Assembly: GCF_018977255.1 (NCBI RefSeq)
Contig: NW_024704743.1
Span: 78,990,001 to 79,054,000 of the forward strand
Direction: 5' to 3'
From: Callorhinchus milii
Lineage: Eukaryota
DNA length: 64,000 nt
Part shown: piece after piece, positions 40,192-51,908 of the stretch
How the letters are laid out: every line of letters starts with the position of its first letter
Position numbering within the stretch: position 1 is the stretch's first letter
Notes under the pieces: model-generated
Database searches by the model: none
The model's input: the letters and a program-made list of their open reading frames with translations, nothing else
What the model was told of the DNA's origin: nothing
Program-made: the position numbers and the translations under genes

Positions 40192-41230
40192 GTAAGATAT
40201 TTAGATCGTAAGCGCTGTTTGGAATGACTGCAGTAATACTTGCAAGTTGTGGCCACGCCTTAGTAATGGTGTATTATTTCATTTATCTCTAGTCCTTACA
40301 ACTACATACAGAGTGAAATTAAAACCAACAATGGTTTGTTGTAAAGTAATTAGCATATGAAATAATTAATGGAGCACTACTGATGAACCTTCACTTGTGA
40401 TAAGATGCCAACTCTCTTGTGTGCCGAGTGTCTTTCAACCAGTTTTAATTTTCTTTTTTAATCTATTAGTACTTCACAATTCTAGATTGAAATTTGGCTG
40501 TGGGGGAGCACAGATCCTTTTTCATCAAATAGTGTTCTAAAAACTATTTTTAGAGTATTCAAAGTTTAGCAAATTCCTAAATATAGCCTTCATTTTGAAG
40601 CTGGATTTCTGTAAATTTCTGCCCCTTAATCTACCTCTACTGGGTACATTTACAGTCACTGCCTTTACTCACTGTAACATCAGGTGAGCTGGCATACTCA
40701 AATGGAACTGAATGTTGCATACTCTCATTTCAGTGTTGGTACAGCTTGTATATTGTCGGCCTCAGACTTGACAATTATTTCCCCCAAGGGAATGGTAAGC
40801 AAGCTCAGTTCTGTTCATGAAGATTAAAAAGGCTGGAGTTTGTGTTTGCTGGGAAAAATGAATGGTAATTGCTTACATAATTGCATGTAATAAATAATAA
40901 TAATTTGATATAGTGCCTTATCACATCTTCGAGATGTCTCATATCGACATATTGATATGTATGTATAGACCCCTGAAATATTGGCCCCGGTCCAATGTCT
41001 AGACAGGGCTGAGGTCTCCCATGTTAGTGTGAAGCACATGGAGTTCTCTGAAGGAGATGCACTTTTCATCTGAAGGGGTTATTTCCAACACAAGGCACAA
41101 CACCAACATTTTCCTGCAGAGTACTTTGGAACTCCCAATGTTATACAACTGCACATATTTGATGTGGGGAGTGTGTTTGGGGGATCCTAACTTCATTTTA
41201 TTCAGCAGATCTTCTCTGGTTAATTTGCAG

Positions 41231-41411
41231 ATGCCAGGAGTCCAAAGAACCATGTTGGTCAGATTAGAGGTTTGCATGTGGTTTGGAGCAGCTACCAAAA
41301 TAACAAACTGTCTCAACAGTCTGCCCGCTGGATACAAACCCATATATGAAGAAATGGCAGATATCGGGAGCACGGCCAGAAGCAAAGTACCTCTCCGTCT
41401 AGTTAGTGAAG
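41231..41411 (+). CDS. fer1l4: exon 23 MPGVQRTMLVRLEVCMWFG...LPAGYKP...VPLRLVSE
   Basis: ttgcag acceptor, gtaact donor; W.G...LP.GY motif. Confidence 0.9.
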
Positions 41412-41443
41412 GTAACTATATTTATAATATTTATATCCGCTTT

Positions 41444-41763
41444 GTGGAGTCCTGTAGCTCAGTGGTTAGAGAACTCGCTTTGCAAGCGAGAGACCTGAGT
41501 TCAATTTCAATCAGGGCGAAACCTTGGGCAAGTTTCCTTACTCCACACAACTAATAATAATCCCTCCAAAACCAAAAACAATAATAAATTGGTCATTTTC
41601 AATCCACGACTGTTTGTGGGACATTGCTGTGCACAATCGGCTGCCGCGTTTGCCCACAAATATACAGTCAATTCACTTTACAGTGTGTTCTGTGAAGCGC
41701 TTTGGGACGTCCTCCCAATGTGAAAAGCGCTATATCAAATGCCAGGATTATTATTATTATTAT
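41444..41763 (+). mobile_element. Short-family SINE, full length, 33 nt after the exon 23 donor
   Basis: A box TAGCTCAGTGG, anticodon arm ctcgc-tttgcaa-gcgag, B box GTTCAATTTC, core, (ATT)n. Confidence 0.92.
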
Positions 41764-42543
41764 AATGAATAAATTTACAATAAATATAAAGATATATTTA
41801 TAATAAATAGAATAAATAAAAACTAATGGATTGTGGGGTATAAGAATAAGACATTAATACATTTATATTGAATAGAATCATAAACTGCAAGGGCAAATGC
41901 TATTGCCATGAGATTGGATTGCTGCCTTGAAATTGCTTTGAATACCTACTATTGTTTGTAATAAACACATTTTTGTAATAAACGTGTCATAGAATGGTTC
42001 CATTTGGTTTTGCGACCAGCTCATATCATGAAGAACCTAATGGCATTGAATGTAGTTGTGAAAAACTCATTTTGGTATTTGGGAATTTGAGGATAGAATC
42101 TGCATTTGAAGGTCAGCCCAGACTATGAGCTCAAAGACTCAAATGTGCGGCTTGAACCCACAACCTTTAGATTCAGAGCCTAGAGTGCTACTCAGCCAGC
42201 CGGACACCTTATATGCTGTCTTAATTAAAGGTACAGAAAAGAATCTAGACATCTTTTGGTGAATATTGTGCTCATCAAGGTGAGAGAGGTTAGTGCTGGG
42301 AAATGCAACACATACCCATTTCAACCACTTCAAAGGAGATATACCTCCAATCGGTAAAGTTATTGACCATTGTCTAAGTTATTTACAATAAGAAAATTCC
42401 ATTATAAGCAAAGCACCAAGATCGGTAACATTATTGACCAATGCAAGATGATATCTGGTTAGGTATAAGATCACATATTCAAAGTCTGTAAACCCATCAA
42501 TGATCAGAAAATTGCCCCAAATGTATTTTATGCTTTGGATTAA

Positions 42544-42741
<198 letters not shown>

Positions 42742-43289
42742 TAGTATTTATGGCAAGGTCTTTAAATCTTTCATTCAGTATTATGACTCAGTGGAGACAC
42801 AGGACTCCAGTAATCCATTTGATCAAGCAGCCAATAGTTAGTTGCCTCACTTATATATTTTGCCACATCCATAGTCTTAATATATATACTATTATATATA
42901 TGCCCCTCCCACCCCCCCCACCCCCACACATACACACACTCAATGCCACACAACAAAGGGTAAGATTAAAAGGACAAGCATTGTATGTGGGTGGGGGTGG
43001 GGGCATATATGTATAACTGTGTGGATGTTGACTTACTATGGTAAACGATAGTCATACATTTTAGTTAGGTGCCAGGTAATGGTGTGGTAACCCTTGACAG
43101 GAGGCTGGCATTATTGCCGAGTTCCAGTGGGCACCACATTTTCATCTTAGCTTTTTTTTATTGCTGGTGATATAAGGCCAGATGGAATCTGAACTTGTTT
43201 CCCATCTGCAATCCCTATTCACTGAATCTCTCCTAAAGCATTCAATGGCCTGGAGTCCTTTCTTGAGAGGAAGGCTGCTTTTGATGCAA

Positions 43290-43772
43290 ATGAAAGAGAA
43301 CTGAGAGGTTATACCTATCAAGAAAGGCTGAACATGCTTTGGACTCTTTTCTCTTGGAAAGAGGAGGGTAAGGGGGGATCTGATAGAGGTCTTTAAAATT
43401 ATGAAAGATTTTGATAGGGTAGACATAGGAAAGATGTTTCCACTTGTGGGGGAGACCAAAACCAGGGGCCATCAATATAAAATAGTCACAAATAGATCAA
43501 ATAGGGAAGTTAGAAGACATTTCCTTACACAGCGACTAGTGGGAATGTGGAACATGCTACCACAAGGAGTTGTTGAGGCAAATAGCATAGATGTATTTAA
43601 GGGGAAGCTAGATAGGTACATGAGGGAGAAAGGAATAGAAGGTTATGCTTGAAGGCTTAGTTGAGGACGGGCAGGAAGAGGCTCATGTGGAGCATAAACA
43701 CCGGCACAGACCAGTTGGGCCGAATGTCCTGTTTCTGTGCTGTATATTCTAATGTATTCTAATGTATTCTAG
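43290..43772 (+). mobile_element. CR1-type LINE 3' end with (tattctaatg) repeat tail
   Basis: ORF 43401-43652 reads TRGHQYKI...RRHFLTQRLVGMWNMLPQGVVEA.SIDVFKGKLDRYM. Confidence 0.9.
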
Positions 43773-44388
43773 AATGGAACTAATTCTCTGACCATCAGTA
43801 ATTTTAGCAATAATTGGCAAGAAACTCACACTACAAGTGTCAATACATTTACTGATCAGTGGAAAATCATTTGTACCACACAATACAACTTTACATTTAT
43901 ATTGCTGCTTTCACATTGGAAGGACGTCCTAAAGTACTTTATGGTACTGGCTGAACCTGAGCTGGGGCTGGGAGCCCATGTATTTTCTTTGGACATTCAA
44001 GTATCTGACATAAGCAGAAACCCATCACTAAACTCAAACCAAACTGCTGAACGTTCCACATTCATATGGTATCCTTTTGTCTAGCTTGTTTTTAATGTAT
44101 GTTTTAGGCATTTTTATTGGGAGCCCCTAACCTCAAGTATCAAATAGTGACTGCTGTACTCCAGTACTTTGCATCCACAGTCTCTTCTGGGTGCTTTGTT
44201 GTAGGTTGAGCAGGGAAATAGGCAAAGGCAAAGTCAGGGGTAGGGCAGCACCATCACTGTTTGTGAGTTGAGTGAGGGATGGGACAGATAACTCCATGTG
44301 TGACCCTGCCACCAAAGTTAGTGGTAAATTCTCTACCCTCCAGACAGGGGAAAACAGAATACAAATGAAATGTAATTGCATCTTCCAG

Positions 44389-44523
44389 ATATTTAATGAA
44401 ACCTGTTCACCTCGCTGGGAAGAGACCTTGTTATTTGATGACATTTTGATTGAAGGCAGCAGAGAAGAGTTCCAGAAACATCCAATTGCTGTCAGCATAG
44501 AGGTCTTCGATCACGACAGATTT
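44389..44523 (+). CDS. fer1l4: exon 25 (C2D) IFNETCSPRWEETLLFD...IEVFDHDRF
   Basis: T.SP.W...LLF and EVFD.D motifs; 135 nt. Confidence 0.95.
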
Positions 44524-45005
44524 GTGAGTGCAAGACATTATTCATCAGAAAGTACTTTGCCTCTTGTGCACTTGTTTAAAGAAATAAAACAACAGCTTGC
44601 ATTTATATAGCACCCTTCACACAGGGTAGCATCTCAAAGTAAAAAAACCCTGATGTGCAGTCACGCAATAACAGTGTGCCCTCTTGCTCTCCTGAATAAT
44701 TAGACTGCATTGACTAAGGGTAGTTGGTTTAAGGATTGGTAGAAAAAGTGTGAAAACCGCACAAAAGCTTAATTTCTCTGAGGAACAAATATCGATTTGG
44801 TGTTTGTCTAACTGCACATTTAATGTTAGTCAGCAGAATTGTACAGTTTAAAGGAATCCTTGCTCTAAATGTGTTTCAGCCCTAAATAATAATGTTTTAA
44901 CTTGCCAGAACAGAAAGCTGACTAAAGTAAAGTTTGGTCAACTCTGCTATGTGAGATAATGTCTCAGAGAACTAGAAGGGAAAACGAGAGAGGAGTTTCT
45001 CCTGA

Positions 45006-45228
45006 AGTCGCTGGGAACTCAGCAGGTGAGACAGCATTTATGGAAAGAGGAAAGTGAGTTAATGTTTCAGGTCGATGACCTTTTGTCAGAACAGTTCTGA
45101 TGGAAGGTCATCGACCTGAAACGTTACATCACTTTCTTCTGTCCATAGATGCTGCCTGACCTGTTAAGTGTTCCCAGTGACTTCTGTTTTTATTTCAGAT
45201 TTCCAGCATCTGCAGTATTTTGCATTTT
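45006..45228. mobile_element. Palindromic Penelope-like terminal-repeat insertion with two opposed hammerhead-like motifs and a 16-bp TSD
   Basis: GAGGAGTTTCTCCTGA at 44990-45005 and 45229-45244; arms of about 90 bp around a45093; CTGATG(G)A-aggtc-atc-gacct-GAAAcgTTA at 45097-45126. Confidence 0.8.
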
Positions 45229-45463
45229 GAGGAGTTTCTCCTGATGTCCTGGCCAACCATCCTCTGGTTAAAATTGATCATTCCCTTGATGGCTGTGTAT
45301 GGCACATTGCACAAGTTGGCTGCTACATAATATACAGTTGCTGCACTTGACAGAAAAATTTGTGAAATCCTATGAGCTATTTTGACACTATAGGCGTTGT
45401 ATTAAATGCAATGATTATTACATTAAAGCCTCCAGAAGACTAATGCATTGTTTTATTTGTCAG

Positions 45464-45637
45464 GGATCACCTGAATTCCTCGGTCAATGTTTTGCCATTC
45501 CCACTGTCACTCTGGAAAAGGATGAATACAAGCAGCCTACGCTGCAGATCTTTGACATTTGGAGAGGCTCCAAACCTGCTGGGGAATTGCTTGCAGCTTT
45601 TGAGCTCATCGAGTTGGACTATTCTACATTTGGTGAA
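45464..45637 (+). CDS. fer1l4: exon 26 GSPEFLGQCFAIP...AGELLAAFELIELDYSTFGE
   Basis: AGELLAAFELI motif plus the FER1L4-type ELDYS. Confidence 0.95.
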
Positions 45638-46050
45638 GTAAACACAAAGCTTTTGTTGTCCTTGACACAATATCAAATGAATCCAATGATTATCAGGAGC
45701 AAACAAAGGGTTTATTTGCTTGCAAGCTAAATCTAAGATGATTCCCTGACTCTGAGCTGTAAATTATACAGCTTGAGTTGCAGAGTCATACTCATTAGAA
45801 AAAAAGATGCTTAAGTCTAGGTCTTTATGATAATAATCCTTTCGTTTGGCATAGCACCTTATCATGTGTTGAGATATCTCAAAGCTCTCAACAGGATTTT
45901 ACTGTTAAATGTAGTGACAGGATGGGGGCAATAGGCTTGTGGAACTTAATGCATAGTTAGCATAATGAACATGTTATGAATAATCCCAAATTTCACCTCA
46001 TTTTAAAATGTATATGATATTAACACTGTGTTTGCAATGTGTCTTCACAG

Positions 46051-46158
46051 CCACAAATTCCTGCTGATGTTATTCCTCAGGAAATGAAATTAAATGAAGA
46101 TCACCGTTTCAATATTCCATTCGAAATTCGTCCAGTATTGAAAACCCATAAAATTGAG
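46051..46158 (+). CDS. fer1l4: exon 27 PQIPADVIPQE...IPFEIRPVLKTHKIE
   Basis: IP..IRPVL....IE motif; ttcacag acceptor, gtgact donor. Confidence 0.93.
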
Positions 46159-47276
46159 GTGACTTTTGGATCTATAAGGTGTTGAGAACATTTTTGTCAG
46201 TTTTTTNGCCTTTGCAATTGATTTTTATACATAGAAATCTCAAAATGGTATGTCACATTCCTGATGGGTTGCGCTACCTCGATTAAATGTGTTGGATTTA
46301 AACCTTCCTCATTTTGTTTCTTGACGAGATTTCACACACGCTTGATGCAGTGACACTCTCAAGACAATTCATGTCATTGATTTGTGTATTTGTACATAAA
46401 CCAATAAGGTTTTCTAACATGATTTTCACACAGAAAGTATGCTCCCCTCTTTCAAAAAAGCAGACCCTGCTCATTTCACAAGAGATTCAGCATGTCTCAT
46501 TTGGTAATACTCTGCCTCTGGTTCAAGCCGCATGAATAGATATTGAGCCCATAGGCTAGTCTGACTGTCTAGAGGAGTCCTGAATTGTTAACAGGACTGA
46601 TGTTTAAATATGGAACGGTTGTATTTGCTTGTTTTCAGATGGACATTAAAGATTCCAATGATACTGTTCAAAACCAGAGTGGGGGAGTGGGGGGTGCAGA
46701 GTCCTGTCTCAAACTCCCCCAGACTAATTGACCGTTGTATCCTATTGGCACAAATCCTTGATGTGTTTGCCTACAACAATGGTTACCACACATTACAGTG
46801 CCTATTTGTGAAGTGCATCGAGATATTTCAACATGAAAAGTTACTGTAAAAATGCAATTTCGTTCTTTACTTTCATTAGAAAATATAAAACCTTGATTCT
46901 TATTTATATCGTCAATTTCTCACTCATCATTCCCAACTAAATATATATCCTCCCTCAAATAACATTTGCCTTCTTTTTGATCTCTTTTCTTCAAACTAAG
47001 TTACCCTTGAGTTTCTCTCCCTGATTTCTCGCTTTCCCATAGCTCTCCTATGGGGAGAGTAGATTGGAGGGTGACCTGATCTCAGACCATCACTTATACA
47101 ACTTTTAAATGATGACCAGGACAAACACAGAAGTAACTTGGTCATGTCACAACATTAAATTTCTTACTAACTCTGTGCAAGAGCTTCTATCCTCTGCCTG
47201 GCACCCCCTTCCCCTCTAACCCACCGTCAGTGACCAAGCTTTCAGTCACTGTGCCCAGGTTCTCTGGAGTCTGGTT

Positions 47277-47569
47277 GTGGAGTCCTGTAGCTCAGTGATT
47301 AGAGCACTCGCTTTGCAAGCGAGAGACCTGAGTTCAATTCCAGTCAGGGCGAAACCTTGGGCAAGTTTACTTGTTCCACATGCCTAATAATAATCCCTCC
47401 AAAACCAAAAACAATAATAAATTGGTCATTTTCAATCCACGATTGTTTGTGGGACATTGCTGTGCGCAATTAGCTGCCGCGTTCGCCCACAAATATATAG
47501 TCAATTCACTTTACAGTGTTCTGTAAAGGACGTCCTCCCGACGTGAAAAGCGCTATATCAAATGCAAGG

Positions 47570-47640
<71 letters not shown>
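47277..47640 (+). mobile_element. Short-family SINE with expanded (ATT)~23 tail, nested in an L2 fragment
   Basis: Full head and core; L2-like sequence (ttcagtcactgtgcccaggttctctgg / ccctccctctctgttttgaaaacc) lies on both sides. Confidence 0.92.
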
Positions 47641-47641
<1 letters not shown>

Positions 47642-48399
47642 ACACCCTTCCATCTCATTCCCTCCCTCTCTGTTTTGAAAACCCTTCCAAAAAAATACCT
47701 CTATGATTAAACCTCCATTCACTTCCCTCCCACTTTGCTTGGGTTCCCGTACCATTCCAGCAGTGCATTTTGAGATGTTATTTGGCATGAAAGGTACTAT
47801 AAAATTGCACGTTGTTGATGTAGACAATTTGTTTGTCATCTATCAAACATTTTTCCTTTATTGCTTAGTTGATTTTCTGAGCAAATAAGATCCCAGATGT
47901 AGCGTTGTGACTGAAAGTATTTTGCAAATCTTTTTTGGTGTGAGATTTACGGGAGGGATTCCAGCAGAATATATTTTCCCTATCAACTAATCCCAAATTC
48001 ATTCAGGAAAATATTGCAACTTCATTCCACAGTGTTTTATCAAATCTGATCCCCCCATATTACACTGTTCCTAATTGTCTCGGTGGTTCAAATAGGATAC
48101 ATTTAGAAGAATGAAAAACCAAATAACACAAAATCTGTTTATTAACTACAACAAAAGGGGATAAAATTACTAATATTGCTTAACCTTTTTCCTATGTTAA
48201 CAATAACAACCAGAGCAACAGACTCAAAGCATTGTTCTGACAGTCGTGACTTTGGAAATACCACAGGTTGAATCACGGTTCGGTAAAAGTCTAGAATCTA
48301 GGATATCTTCTCATCCAGAAATGATTAGAAGCAATTGGGTGACTTTCATACTCTGTGTCCAGGCCCAGCCATCAATTGATTTAAATGTTTAACTTCCAG

Positions 48400-48561
48400 G
48401 TCTTATTCTGGGGACTACGAGACATGCAAAAAATTGGTTTCCTATCAATAGACCAACCAATGGTAACAGTTGAATGCGCTGGGCAGAGACTGGAGTCGTG
48501 TGCAATTCACAATTACAAGCAGAAGCCAAACTTTCAAAGAATGCTGGGTTCTTTTAAAGTG
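48400..48561 (+). CDS. fer1l4: exon 28 (C2DE) VLFWGLRDMQK...ECAGQRLES...KPNF...FKV
   Basis: VLFWGLR hallmark; 162 nt. Confidence 0.95.
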
Positions 48562-49168
48562 GTAGGTAAATTATTATACAGATTGTTTAACCTCAATATT
48601 ACTTTTCTGCAGTTATTTTAACAAAATGTACACCATAGCGTTGAAGAGCAATTACTGAGAAGGGCTGTTTCAGAAAGGGTTGTCAGGTGGTCAGATTTTA
48701 CTGAGGCTTGAATTCTTCCCACTCAGTACCTGTTAACCTTGCAAGTCACAGCCCCAATGGGTAGGATGGTCCCAGGGCAGACAAGCAGCAGCCAGCTTGC
48801 CACCATTCCAGCAAGATTGCTTAGAGAAAACTATAGCTTCCCTGCAAGTGTAGTTTATACATTTTTTCCATTGGATAAATGTGAAAAATGACTCTGTTAA
48901 AAGCCCTGATGACCAGCATAAGAAAATGGCCCTATAGCTACCAGTTAATTCACTGTTACCACTGTTAATTCTTATATACAAGAGATAACCATTGTCCATG
49001 AACTACTTTTTATTATCTAGCATTATTGCAGACACATTGCAGTTTGGTATCCACGGCTTTCCGAGGCAGTGCATCTCACATTCACGACCCTCCATGTGAA
49101 GAAGTGTTTTCATGCCTCAGAAACCAGTGGCTCTAGAAATAGTAGCTGATTTGATGTTTTTGGTACAG

Positions 49169-49355
49169 GACATTCCCGAGGACACTGAGCTGCACCCACC
49201 ACTCAGTATTCTGGTCACCGAGCAGCGACGGTTTGGTGGTGTTGCCCTTCTCGGTACGTGCACCGTTGGGTCCCTGGTACGCTTTATTCATGGCCTAAAA
49301 AAGAGCATCAAGAAGAAATCTGAAATGAAACCACGTCCCACACTGATACCACAAT
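49169..49355 (+). CDS. fer1l4: exon 29 DIPEDTELHPPLSILVTEQRRFGGVALLG...LIPQ
   Basis: PE...LHPPL.I.V...R.FG motif; gtaagt donor. Confidence 0.93.
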
Positions 49356-49738
49356 GTAAGTATCAAATATGCAACAAGATCTCAGCCCAATTCCACACAA
49401 TTGCAGTACTGAGGGAATCATTCTTTTCAGTGTTATTTTATCACATTTTTTTACAATTATGTATTTCAGTTCTGCGTTTTTTTATTCAATTTATTGTACT
49501 ACGATTTTAAACTTAGATATACAAAATATACAACATATGATAGGATAAATTTAAGCTGGAATCTACTGGGAATTATACTTGGCTAGTCAAGGGACCAGCC
49601 AGCCAAATCTTTAATACACTGTCAGGAATGACATCTAGGGAACGTGAAAGGAGCTGCAGAGTTGTTTTGATGCTTGCACCTTTAATGTGAAGTGGCTTTC
49701 ACCTCTCCACAGAAGATTTTGTTTCTCATCTTGAAAAT

Positions 49739-50044
49739 GTGGAGTCCTGTAGCTCAGTGGTTAGAGCACTCGCTTTGCAAGCGAGAGACCTGAGTTCAAT
49801 TCCAGACAGGGCGATACCTTGGGCAAGTTACCTTGCTCCACACAGAGCCTAATAATAATCCCTCCAAAACCAAAAACAATAATAAATTGGTCATTTTCAA
49901 TCTACGACTGTTTGTGGGACATTGCTGTGCACAATTGGCTGCCGCGTTCGCCCACAAATATACAGTCAATTCACTTTACAGTATGTTCTGTGAAGCGCTT
50001 TGGGACGTCTAGAAGACGTGAAAAGCGCTATATCAAATGCAAGG

Positions 50045-50127
<83 letters not shown>
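49739..50127 (+). mobile_element. Short-family SINE with expanded (ATT)~27 tail
   Basis: GGAGTCCTGTAGCTCAGTGGTTAGAGCACTCGCTTTGCAAGCGAGAGACCTGAGTTCAATTCC head, core and tail. Confidence 0.93.
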
Positions 50128-50215
50128 CTGGCCATGTAGCTAGAATAAACTTCTGGCTGCCTCAGTTTTTGCCTAAAAATTTAACTGCTGACATGAGGCC
50201 CAAATGTTCAGTTAT

Positions 50216-50542
50216 ATAATAATAATAATCCTTGCATTTGATATAGCGCTTTTCACGTCTTCTAGATGTCTCAAAGTGCTTCACAGTGCTGTGAAATGCT
50301 TTACACAGTACTGGAAAGAGAATTAACTGTATATTTGTGGGTGAAACATGGCAGCTAATTGCACACAGCAGTGTCCCACAAGCAGTCATGGATTGAGTGA
50401 CCAAATTATTATTGTTTTTTCTTGAGGGATTATTATTAGGCTTGTGGAATAAGGAAATTTGCCCAAGATTTAGCCCTGTCGGGAATCGAACCCAGGTCTC
50501 TCCTTGCAAGGCGAGTGCTCTGTAGCACTGAGCTACAGGACT
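50216..50542 (-). mobile_element. Short-family SINE, inverted relative to the 49739 copy
   Basis: aataatccttgcatttgatatagcgc...cactgagctacaggact. Confidence 0.88.
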
Positions 50543-51121
50543 ACTACCCTGTAATCTTAGCCTACAGTGTTTAAAGAGAACTGTTTTCTAAATGTAAGAA
50601 TGGATTGAGGAATTCTCCACAATCCAGCAGGATCTTAAATTTTAAGAAAAAAGTGGTCTTACGGGCTTGAAACTAGGTGAAATTTACCATTGGTAAAATA
50701 AAAAGTTTGTAGGAACTCTGTCTGTTTGAGTAAGAGCAATAGTCAAGGCATTCTTCAGAGATTATATGATATTGGAAGAAGGATTATTAGTGAGAGTTTA
50801 ATGCCAATCACAAGCAGTAAGGAAGATACCTGTATATGCCCTCCAAATATATCTCTTGCCCATTGCTCCATCGCCACACTTCAATAAAGATACAATAGGG
50901 AATGTCATTGGAGATATCAGACTCCCTATTGTAGGATTTCCAAAGTAAAGACGTTGGATTCACTTAAGAAACTATTTGATGCTGTAATAGGAAGATGGTG
51001 GGTTAGTATTCTGGAAGGATGAGTTCAAATGGGCCAAAGGGCATTCTTCATCCATACCTATTCTGTGATCATGTGAAAAGTGTGATCAGAAATCAATCAG
51101 ATCTTAACTTGTGAATTTCAG

Positions 51122-51219
51122 CAGCAGCTGGAGGCAGCTCCAATGAAGTGAATGAAGCCCAGGTACGGCTGCAGAAGATCAACACAGTTATCAAGAAGAT
51201 AGCGCCAAAGCAAATCGTG
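51122..51219 (+). CDS. fer1l4: exon 30 (linker) AAGGSSNEVNEAQVRLQKINTVIKKIAPKQIV
   Basis: tttcag acceptor, gtgagt donor; phase 1 to 0 fits neighbours; low conservation. Confidence 0.7.
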
Positions 51220-51312
51220 GTGAGTCTCATCATAACCTGGTGAATGGGTCCCGATGTTAATACAAAACAATTAGCAATTAAATTCTGAAATTCTTTTCCT
51301 TTTTGAAAACAG

Positions 51313-51423
51313 AATAAAATCAAAGCAAGTATATTGGACAAGAAAGAACCGAAAAGTACGGCAGAAGAGATTGATGAGAGTGAATTTGACTGGTGGTCCA
51401 AGTATTATCTTTCGAAAGAACAA
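51313..51423 (+). CDS. fer1l4: exon 31 NKIKAS...DESEFDWWSKYYLSKEQ
   Basis: DWWSKYY hallmark; gtaaat donor. Confidence 0.93.
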
Positions 51424-51502
51424 GTAAATATTTGATCAATTTTGTGTACAAATCATGTCTTCAGCAAGGACATTGTGGGCATTTGATATACAATTGAGTT
51501 TT

Positions 51503-51908
51503 GGCCTGGCTCATTTGGTAGCACTCTCACTTGTGAGTCAGAAAGTTGCGGGATTAAGCCTTATCAGGATTTTGAACTCACATAATATTGGACTGATACT
51601 CCAGTGCATTACTATGGTTGCATCCTTTAGATGAGATGTTAAGCCAAAGTCTTGACTGCCTGTTCAGGTGGTCGTTAAATTCACTGTTTGGAAAGAGAAG
51701 GGATTATCTCTCAGTTTCCTGGCTGACAATCCCACAGGTAAAATTTGTCATTTACTTCATGGCTGTTTGTGGGCTGTTGTTCTGTGCAAATTGTCCTGTC
51801 CGTCTCCAGAGTATAGTCATCATACTTTACAGTAAATTCTGTAAAGTGCTTTGAGACATCCTTCCAATATAAAAGGAGTTATATCAAATGCAAGAATTAT
51901 TATTATTT
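51503..51908 (+). mobile_element. Long, older tRNA-Deu-L2 SINE (SacSINE1/AmnSINE-like)
   Basis: gcctggctcatttggtagcactctcac...gagtcagaa head; gatgagatgttaagccaa...ctgcctgttcaggtgg Deu-type core; shared 3' tail. Confidence 0.75.

Noticed and set aside
46207..46207. Ambiguous base n
   Set aside because: Single intronic assembly ambiguity after a T run; no biological meaning.
48040..48300. Possible second LTR remnant (minus-strand AATAAA, similar composition to the 53019 LTR)
   Set aside because: No TG..CA termini or TSD could be identified.
49741..49812. tRNA-Ala(UGC)-like sequence, also at 7045, 18563, 41444 and 47277
   Set aside because: No proper acceptor stem or Pol III terminator; it continues into SINE core and tail, so these are SINE heads rather than tRNA genes.
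49819..50219. Recurrent ORFs MGKFPYSTQ...YYYY and poly-L/I/N tracts
   Set aside because: Translations of SINE copies and their (ATT)n tails.
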